Source: Macrostomum lignano (taxonomy: Eukaryota). From it: a DNA stretch of 23,994 nucleotides. The DNA lies in the NCBI GenBank assembly GCA_002269645.1, contig NIVC01001317.1, positions 264,425 to 288,418 of the forward strand, given 5' to 3'. Positions 1-10,906 of this stretch are shown in pieces; the first letter of the stretch is position 1, and every line of letters starts with the position of its first letter. Under the pieces are notes generated by a model that saw only the letters and a program-made list of their open reading frames with translations, made no database searches and had not been told where the DNA came from. A program made the translations under genes and the position numbers.

Positions 1-5
1 AATCA

Positions 6-3000
6 ATGATGAGATTTCTGGTCCGTGTTTCTGATTACCCATTCAAGCGGTAATGCTGTTACTTTTTACCAGAACTGAATGCCAATTTATCCAAGTTTAT
101 AATAGTAGAAGTTTAAATTAAAGGTAGGTAAATCAGGAGTTAGATGTTGATAACAATCAATGATGAGATTTCTGGTCCGTGTTTCTGATTACCCATTCAA
201 GCGGTAATGCTGTTACTTTTTACCAGAACTGAATGCCAATTTATCCAAGTTTATAATAGTAGAAGTTTAAATTAAAGGTAGGTAAATCAGGAGTTAGATG
301 TTGATAACAATCAATGATGAGATTTCTGGTCCGTGTTTCTGATTACCCATTCAAGCGGTAATGCTGTTACTTTTTACCAGAACTGAATGCCAATTTATCC
401 AAGTTTATAATAGTAGAAGTTTAAATTAAAGGTAGGTAAATCAGGAGTTAGATGTTGATAACAATCAATGATGAGATTTCTGGTCCGTGTTTCTGATTAC
501 CCATTCAAGCGGTAATGCTGTTACTTTTTACCAGAACTGAATGCCAATTTATCCAAGTTTATAATAGTAGAAGTTTAAATTAAAGGTAGGTAAATCAGGA
601 GTTAGATGTTGATAACAATCAATGATGAGATTTCTGGTCCGTGTTTCTGATTACCCATTCAAGCGGTAATGCTGTTACTTTTTACCAGAACTGAATGCCA
701 ATTTATCCAAGTTTATAATAGTAGAAGTTTAAATTAAAGGTAGGTAAATCAGGAGTTAGATGTTGATAACAATCAATGATGAGATTTCTGGTCCGTGTTT
801 CTGATTACCCATTCAAGCGGTAATGCTGTTACTTTTTACCAGAACTGAATGCCAATTTATCCAAGTTTATAATAGTAGAAGTTTAAATTAAAGGTAGGTA
901 AATCAGGAGTTAGATGTTGATAACAATCAATGATGAGATTTCTGGTCCGTGTTTCTGATTACCCATTCAAGCGGTAATGCTGTTACTTTTTACCAGAACT
1001 GAATGCCAATTTATCCAAGTTTATAATAGTAGAAGTTTAAATTAAAGGTAGGTAAATCAGGAGTTAGATGTTGATAACAATCAATGATGAGATTTCTGGT
1101 CCGTGTTTCTGATTACCCATTCAAGCGGTAATGCTGTTACTTTTTACCAGAACTGAATGCCAATTTATCCAAGTTTATAATAGTAGAAGTTTAAATTAAA
1201 GGTAGGTAAATCAGGAGTTAGATGTTGATAACAATCAATGATGAGATTTCTGGTCCGTGTTTCTGATTACCCATTCAAGCGGTAATGCTGTTACTTTTTA
1301 CCAGAACTGAATGCCAATTTATCCAAGTTTATAATAGTAGAAGTTTAAATTAAAGGTAGGTAAATCAGGAGTTAGATGTTGATAACAATCAATGATGAGA
1401 TTTCTGGTCCGTGTTTCTGATTACCCATTCAAGCGGTAATGCTGTTACTTTTTACCAGAACTGAATGCCAATTTATCCAAGTTTATAATAGTAGAAGTTT
1501 AAATTAAAGGTAGGTAAATCAGGAGTTAGATGTTGATAACAATCAATGATGAGATTTCTGGTCCGTGTTTCTGATTACCCATTCAAGCGGTAATGCTGTT
1601 ACTTTTTACCAGAACTGAATGCCAATTTATCCAAGTTTATAATAGTAGAAGTTTAAATTAAAGGTAGGTAAATCAGGAGTTAGATGTTGATAACAATCAA
1701 TGATGAGATTTCTGGTCCGTGTTTCTGATTACCCATTCAAGCGGTAATGCTGTTACTTTTTACCAGAACTGAATGCCAATTTATCCAAGTTTATAATAGT
1801 AGAAGTTTAAATTAAAGGTAGGTAAATCAGGAGTTAGATGTTGATAACAATCAATGATGAGATTTCTGGTCCGTGTTTCTGATTACCCATTCAAGCGGTA
1901 ATGCTGTTACTTTTTACCAGAACTGAATGCCAATTTATCCAAGTTTATAATAGTAGAAGTTTAAATTAAAGGTAGGTAAATCAGGAGTTAGATGTTGATA
2001 ACAATCAATGATGAGATTTCTGGTCCGTGTTTCTGATTACCCATTCAAGCGGTAATGCTGTTACTTTTTACCAGAACTGAATGCCAATTTATCCAAGTTT
2101 ATAATAGTAGAAGTTTAAATTAAAGGTAGGTAAATCAGGAGTTAGATGTTGATAACAATCAATGATGAGATTTCTGGTCCGTGTTTCTGATTACCCATTC
2201 AAGCGGTAATGCTGTTACTTTTTACCAGAACTGAATGCCAATTTATCCAAGTTTATAATAGTAGAAGTTTAAATTAAAGGTAGGTAAATCAGGAGTTAGA
2301 TGTTGATAACAATCAATGATGAGATTTCTGGTCCGTGTTTCTGATTACCCATTCAAGCGGTAATGCTGTTACTTTTTACCAGAACTGAATGCCAATTTAT
2401 CCAAGTTTATAATAGTAGAAGTTTAAATTAAAGGTAGGTAAATCAGGAGTTAGATGTTGATAACAATCAATGATGAGATTTCTGGTCCGTGTTTCTGATT
2501 ACCCATTCAAGCGGTAATGCTGTTACTTTTTACCAGAACTGAATGCCAATTTATCCAAGTTTATAATAGTAGAAGTTTAAATTAAAGGTAGGTAAATCAG
2601 GAGTTAGATGTTGATAACAATCAATGATGAGATTTCTGGTCCGTGTTTCTGATTACCCATTCAAGCGGTAATGCTGTTACTTTTTACCAGAACTGAATGC
2701 CAATTTATCCAAGTTTATAATAGTAGAAGTTTAAATTAAAGGTAGGTAAATCAGGAGTTAGATGTTGATAACAATCAATGATGAGATTTCTGGTCCGTGT
2801 TTCTGATTACCCATTCAAGCGGTAATGCTGTTACTTTTTACCAGAACTGAATGCCAATTTATCCAAGTTTATAATAGTAGAAGTTTAAATTAAAGGTAGG
2901 TAAATCAGGAGTTAGATGTTGATAACAATCAATGATGAGATTTCTGGTCCGTGTTTCTGATTACCCATTCAAGCGGTAATGCTGTTACTTTTTACCAGAA

Positions 3001-6000
3001 CTGAATGCCAATTTATCCAAGTTTATAATAGTAGAAGTTTAAATTAAAGGTAGGTAAATCAGGAGTTAGATGTTGATAACAATCAATGATGAGATTTCTG
3101 GTCCGTGTTTCTGATTACCCATTCAAGCGGTAATGCTGTTACTTTTTACCAGAACTGAATGCCAATTTATCCAAGTTTATAATAGTAGAAGTTTAAATTA
3201 AAGGTAGGTAAATCAGGAGTTAGATGTTGATAACAATCAATGATGAGATTTCTGGTCCGTGTTTCTGATTACCCATTCAAGCGGTAATGCTGTTACTTTT
3301 TACCAGAACTGAATGCCAATTTATCCAAGTTTATAATAGTAGAAGTTTAAATTAAAGGTAGGTAAATCAGGAGTTAGATGTTGATAACAATCAATGATGA
3401 GATTTCTGGTCCGTGTTTCTGATTACCCATTCAAGCGGTAATGCTGTTACTTTTTACCAGAACTGAATGCCAATTTATCCAAGTTTATAATAGTAGAAGT
3501 TTAAATTAAAGGTAGGTAAATCAGGAGTTAGATGTTGATAACAATCAATGATGAGATTTCTGGTCCGTGTTTCTGATTACCCATTCAAGCGGTAATGCTG
3601 TTACTTTTTACCAGAACTGAATGCCAATTTATCCAAGTTTATAATAGTAGAAGTTTAAATTAAAGGTAGGTAAATCAGGAGTTAGATGTTGATAACAATC
3701 AATGATGAGATTTCTGGTCCGTGTTTCTGATTACCCATTCAAGCGGTAATGCTGTTACTTTTTACCAGAACTGAATGCCAATTTATCCAAGTTTATAATA
3801 GTAGAAGTTTAAATTAAAGGTAGGTAAATCAGGAGTTAGATGTTGATAACAATCAATGATGAGATTTCTGGTCCGTGTTTCTGATTACCCATTCAAGCGG
3901 TAATGCTGTTACTTTTTACCAGAACTGAATGCCAATTTATCCAAGTTTATAATAGTAGAAGTTTAAATTAAAGGTAGGTAAATCAGGAGTTAGATGTTGA
4001 TAACAATCAATGATGAGATTTCTGGTCCGTGTTTCTGATTACCCATTCAAGCGGTAATGCTGTTACTTTTTACCAGAACTGAATGCCAATTTATCCAAGT
4101 TTATAATAGTAGAAGTTTAAATTAAAGGTAGGTAAATCAGGAGTTAGATGTTGATAACAATCAATGATGAGATTTCTGGTCCGTGTTTCTGATTACCCAT
4201 TCAAGCGGTAATGCTGTTACTTTTTACCAGAACTGAATGCCAATTTATCCAAGTTTATAATAGTAGAAGTTTAAATTAAAGGTAGGTAAATCAGGAGTTA
4301 GATGTTGATAACAATCAATGATGAGATTTCTGGTCCGTGTTTCTGATTACCCATTCAAGCGGTAATGCTGTTACTTTTTACCAGAACTGAATGCCAATTT
4401 ATCCAAGTTTATAATAGTAGAAGTTTAAATTAAAGGTAGGTAAATCAGGAGTTAGATGTTGATAACAATCAATGATGAGATTTCTGGTCCGTGTTTCTGA
4501 TTACCCATTCAAGCGGTAATGCTGTTACTTTTTACCAGAACTGAATGCCAATTTATCCAAGTTTATAATAGTAGAAGTTTAAATTAAAGGTAGGTAAATC
4601 AGGAGTTAGATGTTGATAACAATCAATGATGAGATTTCTGGTCCGTGTTTCTGATTACCCATTCAAGCGGTAATGCTGTTACTTTTTACCAGAACTGAAT
4701 GCCAATTTATCCAAGTTTATAATAGTAGAAGTTTAAATTAAAGGTAGGTAAATCAGGAGTTAGATGTTGATAACAATCAATGATGAGATTTCTGGTCCGT
4801 GTTTCTGATTACCCATTCAAGCGGTAATGCTGTTACTTTTTACCAGAACTGAATGCCAATTTATCCAAGTTTATAATAGTAGAAGTTTAAATTAAAGGTA
4901 GGTAAATCAGGAGTTAGATGTTGATAACAATCAATGATGAGATTTCTGGTCCGTGTTTCTGATTACCCATTCAAGCGGTAATGCTGTTACTTTTTACCAG
5001 AACTGAATGCCAATTTATCCAAGTTTATAATAGTAGAAGTTTAAATTAAAGGTAGGTAAATCAGGAGTTAGATGTTGATAACAATCAATGATGAGATTTC
5101 TGGTCCGTGTTTCTGATTACCCATTCAAGCGGTAATGCTGTTACTTTTTACCAGAACTGAATGCCAATTTATCCAAGTTTATAATAGTAGAAGTTTAAAT
5201 TAAAGGTAGGTAAATCAGGAGTTAGATGTTGATAACAATCAATGATGAGATTTCTGGTCCGTGTTTCTGATTACCCATTCAAGCGGTAATGCTGTTACTT
5301 TTTACCAGAACTGAATGCCAATTTATCCAAGTTTATAATAGTAGAAGTTTAAATTAAAGGTAGGTAAATCAGGAGTTAGATGTTGATAACAATCAATGAT
5401 GAGATTTCTGGTCCGTGTTTCTGATTACCCATTCAAGCGGTAATGCTGTTACTTTTTACCAGAACTGAATGCCAATTTATCCAAGTTTATAATAGTAGAA
5501 GTTTAAATTAAAGGTAGGTAAATCAGGAGTTAGATGTTGATAACAATCAATGATGAGATTTCTGGTCCGTGTTTCTGATTACCCATTCAAGCGGTAATGC
5601 TGTTACTTTTTACCAGAACTGAATGCCAATTTATCCAAGTTTATAATAGTAGAAGTTTAAATTAAAGGTAGGTAAATCAGGAGTTAGATGTTGATAACAA
5701 TCAATGATGAGATTTCTGGTCCGTGTTTCTGATTACCCATTCAAGCGGTAATGCTGTTACTTTTTACCAGAACTGAATGCCAATTTATCCAAGTTTATAA
5801 TAGTAGAAGTTTAAATTAAAGGTAGGTAAATCAGGAGTTAGATGTTGATAACAATCAATGATGAGATTTCTGGTCCGTGTTTCTGATTACCCATTCAAGC
5901 GGTAATGCTGTTACTTTTTACCAGAACTGAATGCCAATTTATCCAAGTTTATAATAGTAGAAGTTTAAATTAAAGGTAGGTAAATCAGGAGTTAGATGTT

Positions 6001-7008
6001 GATAACAATCAATGATGAGATTTCTGGTCCGTGTTTCTGATTACCCATTCAAGCGGTAATGCTGTTACTTTTTACCAGAACTGAATGCCAATTTATCCAA
6101 GTTTATAATAGTAGAAGTTTAAATTAAAGGTAGGTAAATCAGGAGTTAGATGTTGATAACAATCAATGATGAGATTTCTGGTCCGTGTTTCTGATTACCC
6201 ATTCAAGCGGTAATGCTGTTACTTTTTACCAGAACTGAATGCCAATTTATCCAAGTTTATAATAGTAGAAGTTTAAATTAAAGGTAGGTAAATCAGGAGT
6301 TAGATGTTGATAACAATCAATGATGAGATTTCTGGTCCGTGTTTCTGATTACCCATTCAAGCGGTAATGCTGTTACTTTTTACCAGAACTGAATGCCAAT
6401 TTATCCAAGTTTATAATAGTAGAAGTTTAAATTAAAGGTAGGTAAATCAGGAGTTAGATGTTGATAACAATCAATGATGAGATTTCTGGTCCGTGTTTCT
6501 GATTACCCATTCAAGCGGTAATGCTGTTACTTTTTACCAGAACTGAATGCCAATTTATCCAAGTTTATAATAGTAGAAGTTTAAATTAAAGGTAGGTAAA
6601 TCAGGAGTTAGATGTTGATAACAATCAATGATGAGATTTCTGGTCCGTGTTTCTGATTACCCATTCAAGCGGTAATGCTGTTACTTTTTACCAGAACTGA
6701 ATGCCAATTTATCCAAGTTTATAATAGTAGAAGTTTAAATTAAAGGTAGGTAAATCAGGAGTTAGATGTTGATAACAATCAATGATGAGATTTCTGGTCC
6801 GTGTTTCTGATTACCCATTCAAGCGGTAATGCTGTTACTTTTTACCAGAACTGAATGCCAATTTATCCAAGTTTATAATAGTAGAAGTTTAAATTAAAGG
6901 TAGGTAAATCAGGAGTTAGATGTTGATAACAATCAATGATGAGATTTCTGGTCCGTGTTTCTGATTACCCATTCAAGCGGTAATGCTGTTACTTTTTACC
7001 AGAACTGA
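6..7008 (+). ncRNA. SNORD18: Array of 46 copies of a box C/D snoRNA, U18/SNORD18-like (one per 154-bp unit; first copy 6-78)
   Basis: Per unit: box C ATGATGA (6-12), antisense element TGGTCCGTGTTT (19-30), box D' CTGA (31-34), hairpin TTACC-CATTCAAGC-GGTAA (35-53), box D CTGA (75-78). TGGTCCGTGTTTC is the exact reverse complement of the conserved LSU rRNA segment GAAACACGGACCA, the known U18 target (yeast 25S Am649, human 28S Am1313 in older numbering). Confidence 0.85.
6936..7008 (+). ncRNA. SNORD18: Terminal (probably ancestral) U18-like C/D snoRNA copy in the intron upstream of the RPL21 coding exon
   Basis: Box C 6936-6942, guide 6949-6960, D' 6961-6964, box D 7005-7008. Box D lies 80 nt upstream of the acceptor AG at 7087-7088, a typical position for intron-encoded C/D snoRNAs. 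Confidence 0.88.
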
Positions 7009-7101
7009 AATTACTTAGTCTATGAAAGTTGAGTTTATTGATTAATTAAGGCAGGTGTTTTTATACTGTTAATATCGTTAATTCCAGCTTAAGCTGACAA
7101 C

Positions 7102-7338
7102 ATGACCAACACCAAGGGTATTCGCCGCGGCACGCGGTACATGTTTGCCAGGGATTTCCGACGCCGCGGTGCCCTCCCCCTGTCCACCTACATGCGGGTG
7201 TTTAAACGCGGTGATATTGTCGATATTAAAGGCAACGGCAGCATACAGAAAGGTATGCCGTATAAAACCTATCACGGCAAAACTGGCCGCGTGTACAATG
7301 TCACACCACACGCTGTCGGTGTGATTGTTAATAAGCAG
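7102..7338 (+). CDS. RPL21: 60S ribosomal protein L21 (eL21), coding exon 1 (79 codons)
   Basis: [23 protein letters not shown]...[30 protein letters not shown] is the canonical eL21 N-terminus. Acceptor TTCCAG (AG 7087-7088) precedes a 13-nt UTR and the ATG; phase-0 donor CAG|GTAAGT at 7339. Confidence 0.97.
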
Positions 7339-7420
7339 GTAAGTTCGCGTAAAATTTATACAGAATCCTGAATTTTAAAACTCCTGACCACTTGTAGTCA
7401 CCCTGCAATGACTGTCAGTC

Positions 7421-7775
7421 CTGTCACTTACCTGTCATTTGTGTGACTCACCTGTCATTTGAGTGACACCTGTTATCTTTGTGACTCACCTGTTATTTGA
7501 GTGACTCATCTGTAATTTGAGTGACTCACCTGTTATTTGAGTGACTCATCTGTCATTTGAGTGACTCACCTGTCATTTGAGTGACTCGCCTGTCATTTGA
7601 GTGACACCTGTCATCTGAGTGACTCATCTGTCATCTTAGTGACTCACCTGTAATTTGAGTGACACCTGTCATCTGAGTGACTCATCTGTCATCTGAGTGA
7701 CTCACCTGTCATCTGAGTGACTCACCTGTTATTTAAGTGACTCACCTGTTTTTTGAGTTACACCTGTCATCTGAA
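7421..7775 (+). repeat. Intronic minisatellite, ~20-bp unit GAGTGACTCACCTGTCATTT, ~18 diverged copies
   Basis: Repeated GTGACTCACCTGT core with 18-20 bp periodicity inside the RPL21 intron 7339-7816. Confidence 0.92.
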
Positions 7776-7816
7776 TGACACATAACGATCGCCTCACCAC
7801 CCCACAAATTCACCAG

Positions 7817-8062
7817 GTGCGCAACCGCGTGATCCCCAAACGGATCAACGTCCGCATCGAGCACGTGAATCCCAGCAAGTGCCGACTGGACTTTCTTCGC
7901 CGCGTCAAAGAGAACGACATCAAGCGACGCGAGGCCAAAGCCGCTGGCAAGAAAATCTCCCTGAAGCGTCGGCCGCAGGGTCCGAGGCGCGCCACCATTG
8001 TGAAGACTAAGAAGAACAAGCCCCAGCTGCTGGAGCCGCTGCCCTACGAGCTGATCGCTTAG
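7817..8062 (+). CDS. RPL21: 60S ribosomal protein L21 (eL21), coding exon 2 (81 codons + TAG); spliced product 160 aa
   Basis: Acceptor CACCAG at 7816. VRNRVIPKRINVRIEHVNPSKCRLDFLRRVKEND...PQLLEPLPYELIA* continues in frame from NKQ and matches the eL21 C-terminus. Confidence 0.97.
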   Translation: MRNRVIPKRINVRIEHVNPSKCRLDFLRRVKENDIKRREAKAAGKKISLKRRPQGPRRATIVKTKKNKPQLLEPLPYELIA

Positions 8063-8150
8063 GCATTAAAAGGGGCCTGCGTAATTCTATACAATATTAC
8101 ATCTGGACTCGAGTAATGGGCAAATGAATTTTCAATTCCGAGAATTATGA

Positions 8151-8156
8151 AATAAA
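8151..8156 (+). terminator. Polyadenylation signal of RPL21
   Basis: AATAAA 88 nt after the stop codon, followed by a GT-rich tract (GGTTGTGTTGTTGTTGTTGG, ~8171-8190). Confidence 0.75.
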
Positions 8157-8300
8157 AAACACCGGCCTGTGGTTGTGTTGTTGTTGTTGGACAACTAAAG
8201 CTCTATTGGATGAAAGATTTGCGTTGGTGTTGTGTTGCTTCTTTTTGATGATAATATAATTAGCTTTTTCTAATTTTCGGCTTGTTAGGCTTGCAATGTA

Positions 8301-8665
8301 CAGCCTCCCAGATCCTCAGTTTCTGGGTCAGCCTCCCAGATCCTCAGTTGTTGGGCCACCAGCCTCCCAGATCCTCAGTTTTTGGGCCACAACTCCCCCC
8401 CCCAGATCCTCAGTTGTTGGGCCACCCCCCCCCCCAGATCCTCAGTTGTTGGGCCACCAGCCTCCCAGATCCCCTGTTGCTGGGCCATCCAGCCTCCCAG
8501 ATCCCCACTTGCTGGGCCAGCCTCCCAGATCCTCTGTTGCTGTGCCACCACTGCCTCCCAGCTCCTCAGTTGCTGGGCCAGCCTCCCGGATCCTCAGTTG
8601 CTGGGGGCCGGCCTCCCAGATCCTCAGTTGCTGGGCCAGCCTCCCAGATCCCCAGTTGCTAGGGC
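8301..8665 (+). repeat. Minisatellite, ~28-32-bp unit CAGCCTCCCAGATCCTCAGTTGCTGGGC(CAC), ~12 copies
   Basis: Recurrent CTCCCAGATCCTCAGTTG core. It explains the Pro/Ser-rich overlapping ORFs at 8282, 8296 and the 5' part of 8382. Confidence 0.92.
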
Positions 8666-8735
8666 ATTGTCACCCAGTACTCAGACTCAACTGCGTGTTA
8701 CCATCACCATTCATGCCAATTGGACAACCAACACA

Positions 8736-9472
8736 ATGGCAACCGCTGTGCTACCTCCGCCGCCCTCAATGCCGGATCCGAACTCCTCTGGCGGCAGCTT
8801 CAGTCCTCTAACTCTGTTCGAATGCACCATGACCAATGCCGGTATGCTGGTGGACAGTATGCCAGTTAGGGACCTGGTCTCGGCCCTACGCATCATTGGC
8901 ACTCTGCACACTCACGTTGTCAACATCATGGACCCTGGCGTGGCCAGCGTGTGCGACCTGGCCGATCAGTTCAACTCTCACCGGATTAAATGCCCCGCTG
9001 CCGCTGCCGAGACCGCCGCCGCCTCAGCTGCCGCCGCCGGCGAGGCCGAGCAGTCGCCAACTGCCAACTCCTCACTAGACGAAGGCGGCAACGCTAAGAA
9101 ACGCTTGAAACTGGACGATAATTCTATGGCCTCATCGTTAAACGATCAGAATTCTACGGATAACAATCAGACACTTAATAACACCGCTTCTGCTGCTGTC
9201 AATGTCAAGTCCGAATCTGTTGCCGAATCTGATGATGATTGTTGTATCCTTGACGACGGCGGCTTAGGCCTGATTGGTTCCGACTTTTACACCAGCATGC
9301 AGCAGCAGCAACATCAGCCTCGCAATCCGCAGATATCCTCAGCAGCTTCAGCATCTGCCGCTCCACCCTATGGCGGTCCCGTGCAAGATTCGGCAGCTAT
9401 GAAGCAGATTTTACGCAACACCTACAAAGCTATGCGAGCTGGCGGTCCGCACCTATACGATTTTAATAGGCC
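8736..9472 (+). CDS. Exon 1 of a multi-exon gene encoding a putative nuclear protein (C14orf93-like C-terminal half)
   Basis: ATG at 8736 (ACAATGG context), GC-rich coding bias, Ala/Asn/Gln-rich linkers, NLS-like AKKRLKL. The genomic ORF stops at 9476, but a phase-2 donor CC|GTGAGA at 9473 splices in frame to the exon at 9913 (...LYDFNRP|WNDPLN...). Confidence 0.7.
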
Positions 9473-9535
9473 GTGAGAGATTCATCTGTGTATTCTCTTA
9501 ATTTTCTACTGGGTTTGTTAAATATGACAGATTAT

Positions 9536-9850
9536 ACTACTGAATTGAGAGTAGCTTAATACTGCATGTGCCTCACAATTTATTAGCTTGAGCTTAAAAA
9601 TCAAGAAATTATACTACTTAATTGATAGTAGTTTAATGGCACATGTATGGACTTATTAATGCTTCTCAGTAATCATTACAGCGGTTTAAAAATCTCAGAA
9701 GAGACTACACTACTTAACTGAAAGTAGTTTAATAGCACATGCACGGAGTTATTTATGCTTCTCGGGAATCATTTCTACGAGTTTAAAAGTGCTAAAAGAG
9801 ATAATACTACTTACTAAAATGAAAGTAGTTTATTAGCACATGCGCATAGT
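9536..9850. repeat. Four diverged 77-97-bp units, each starting with an ACTACT-N(7-11)-AGTAG hairpin
   Basis: ACTACT starts at 9536, 9613, 9709 and 9806. Each is followed by AGTAG(T/C)TTAAT/TTATT..(A/G)CATG, and the units share TTTAAAA/CTTAAAA downstream. Confidence 0.7.
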
Positions 9851-9912
9851 TTTTTATTCCTAATAATCGCACAATCGTTTTCTCCCTACCCTCACTGCCT
9901 TGTCTGCGCCAG

Positions 9913-10010
9913 CTGGAACGATCCCTTGAACCAGTCCGTGACTGAACGAATTGTCAGCCAAATTGTTGCCACAACGCCTGACATTTCCGTGTCTCCAGAC
10001 GACTGGCGAA
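9913..10010 (+). CDS. Exon 2 (constant; 98 nt; phase 2 in, phase 1 out) of the C14orf93-like gene
   Basis: Long pyrimidine tract plus GCCAG acceptor (AG 9911-9912); open frame WNDPLNQSVTERIVSQIVATTPDISVSPDDWR; donor A|GTGAGT at 10011. Confidence 0.72.
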
Positions 10011-10906
10011 GTGAGTGCAGCTCCATTTTGAATGTGCATAAAAATTATTGTGTGATTTGTATATAGATATTGAAACATTGGCGCGGTAGCATTTGCAGAG
10101 GTTTACAACCCCCAGTTACTGTTTCATTATTATTAATAATAGTATTATTATTACTATCCTCATCCTCAAAATGAGAGCCTGATGCTCTCTTGACACACTG
10201 ATGAAGCATTAATTGTATGAATTAATTAACTAATTAAAGCATTAATTGGCCTGTTAACAATGCATAGTGCCGAGCATTAACAACAATAATAATTCCACTG
10301 CAAATTCTAATGACATTTAAGGTCAGTCAGTCTCTATGCAGTTCAGTGTTCCCACTACCTGCGGAAATTCCGCAATGCGGAATTTCTGGCTCGCCTGTGG
10401 AAAATCAAGAGGAATTTTGCAATCTGCGGAAATTTGGTTGCTCCGATTTTGCTCTGATATTTGAATATATGAGGAATTGAGGACACACTTTAGTTTTATA
10501 CAATCTATATACTAAATATCTTATATATATATATATTTGTCAATATCTAGTATTTTCTATTTGTTGGAATTCTCCTTAATTATTTGTACACATTATACTA
10601 CTGTTTAAAAGTTCATTTCTTTATTGATTGTAGTTCTTAGTTTAGTCTATGTTCCACCGCCACCCTCTTACTAGGAAACTTAGTTTTTCGCATAGAGCTA
10701 GAATGGAAATTGGAACCTAATGAGTCTGGAAGCGAGTTTAATGAGTCAATACCAATAGTTAATTAAATAGATCAGGTTGGCTAGAAAGACTTTACAAAGT
10801 AGCTCAACTTATTTTTCAGCTTTGCTGCCTTTGCGACTTGCGTTTAACTCAATAAGACAATAACTGAAAAAATATTCTGAGAATACGCTCGTACCCTCGT
10901 AGTGAG

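Larger units (their letters stand above)
1..7009 (+). repeat. Tandem array of a 154-bp unit (45 full copies + 79-bp partial), truncated by the left window edge
   Basis: AATCAATGATGAG restarts at 1, 155, 309 ... 1541 ... 4621 ... 6931 (period 154). The array diverges after CCAGAACTGAA at 7009. No variant copies were noticed by eye. Confidence 0.98.

Noticed and set aside
1-7009. CRISPR array or protein-coding repeat interpretation of the 154-bp array
   Set aside because: Units are identical with no unique spacers, no cas genes are present, the context is eukaryotic and there is no ORF; the snoRNA boxes explain the unit.
7339-7816. ORF-track extensions of RPL21 ([10 protein letters not shown]; MTHNDRLTTPQIHQ) and antisense ORFs 7078-7311 and 7810-8019
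   Set aside because: These are intron read-through and antisense shadows of the RPL21 exons.
8282-8811. Pro/Ser-rich ORFs 8282-8662 and 8296-8811, and the N-terminal 118 codons of 8382-9476
   Set aside because: They are open in all three frames because of the ~30-bp minisatellite; coding-like sequence starts at ATG 8736.
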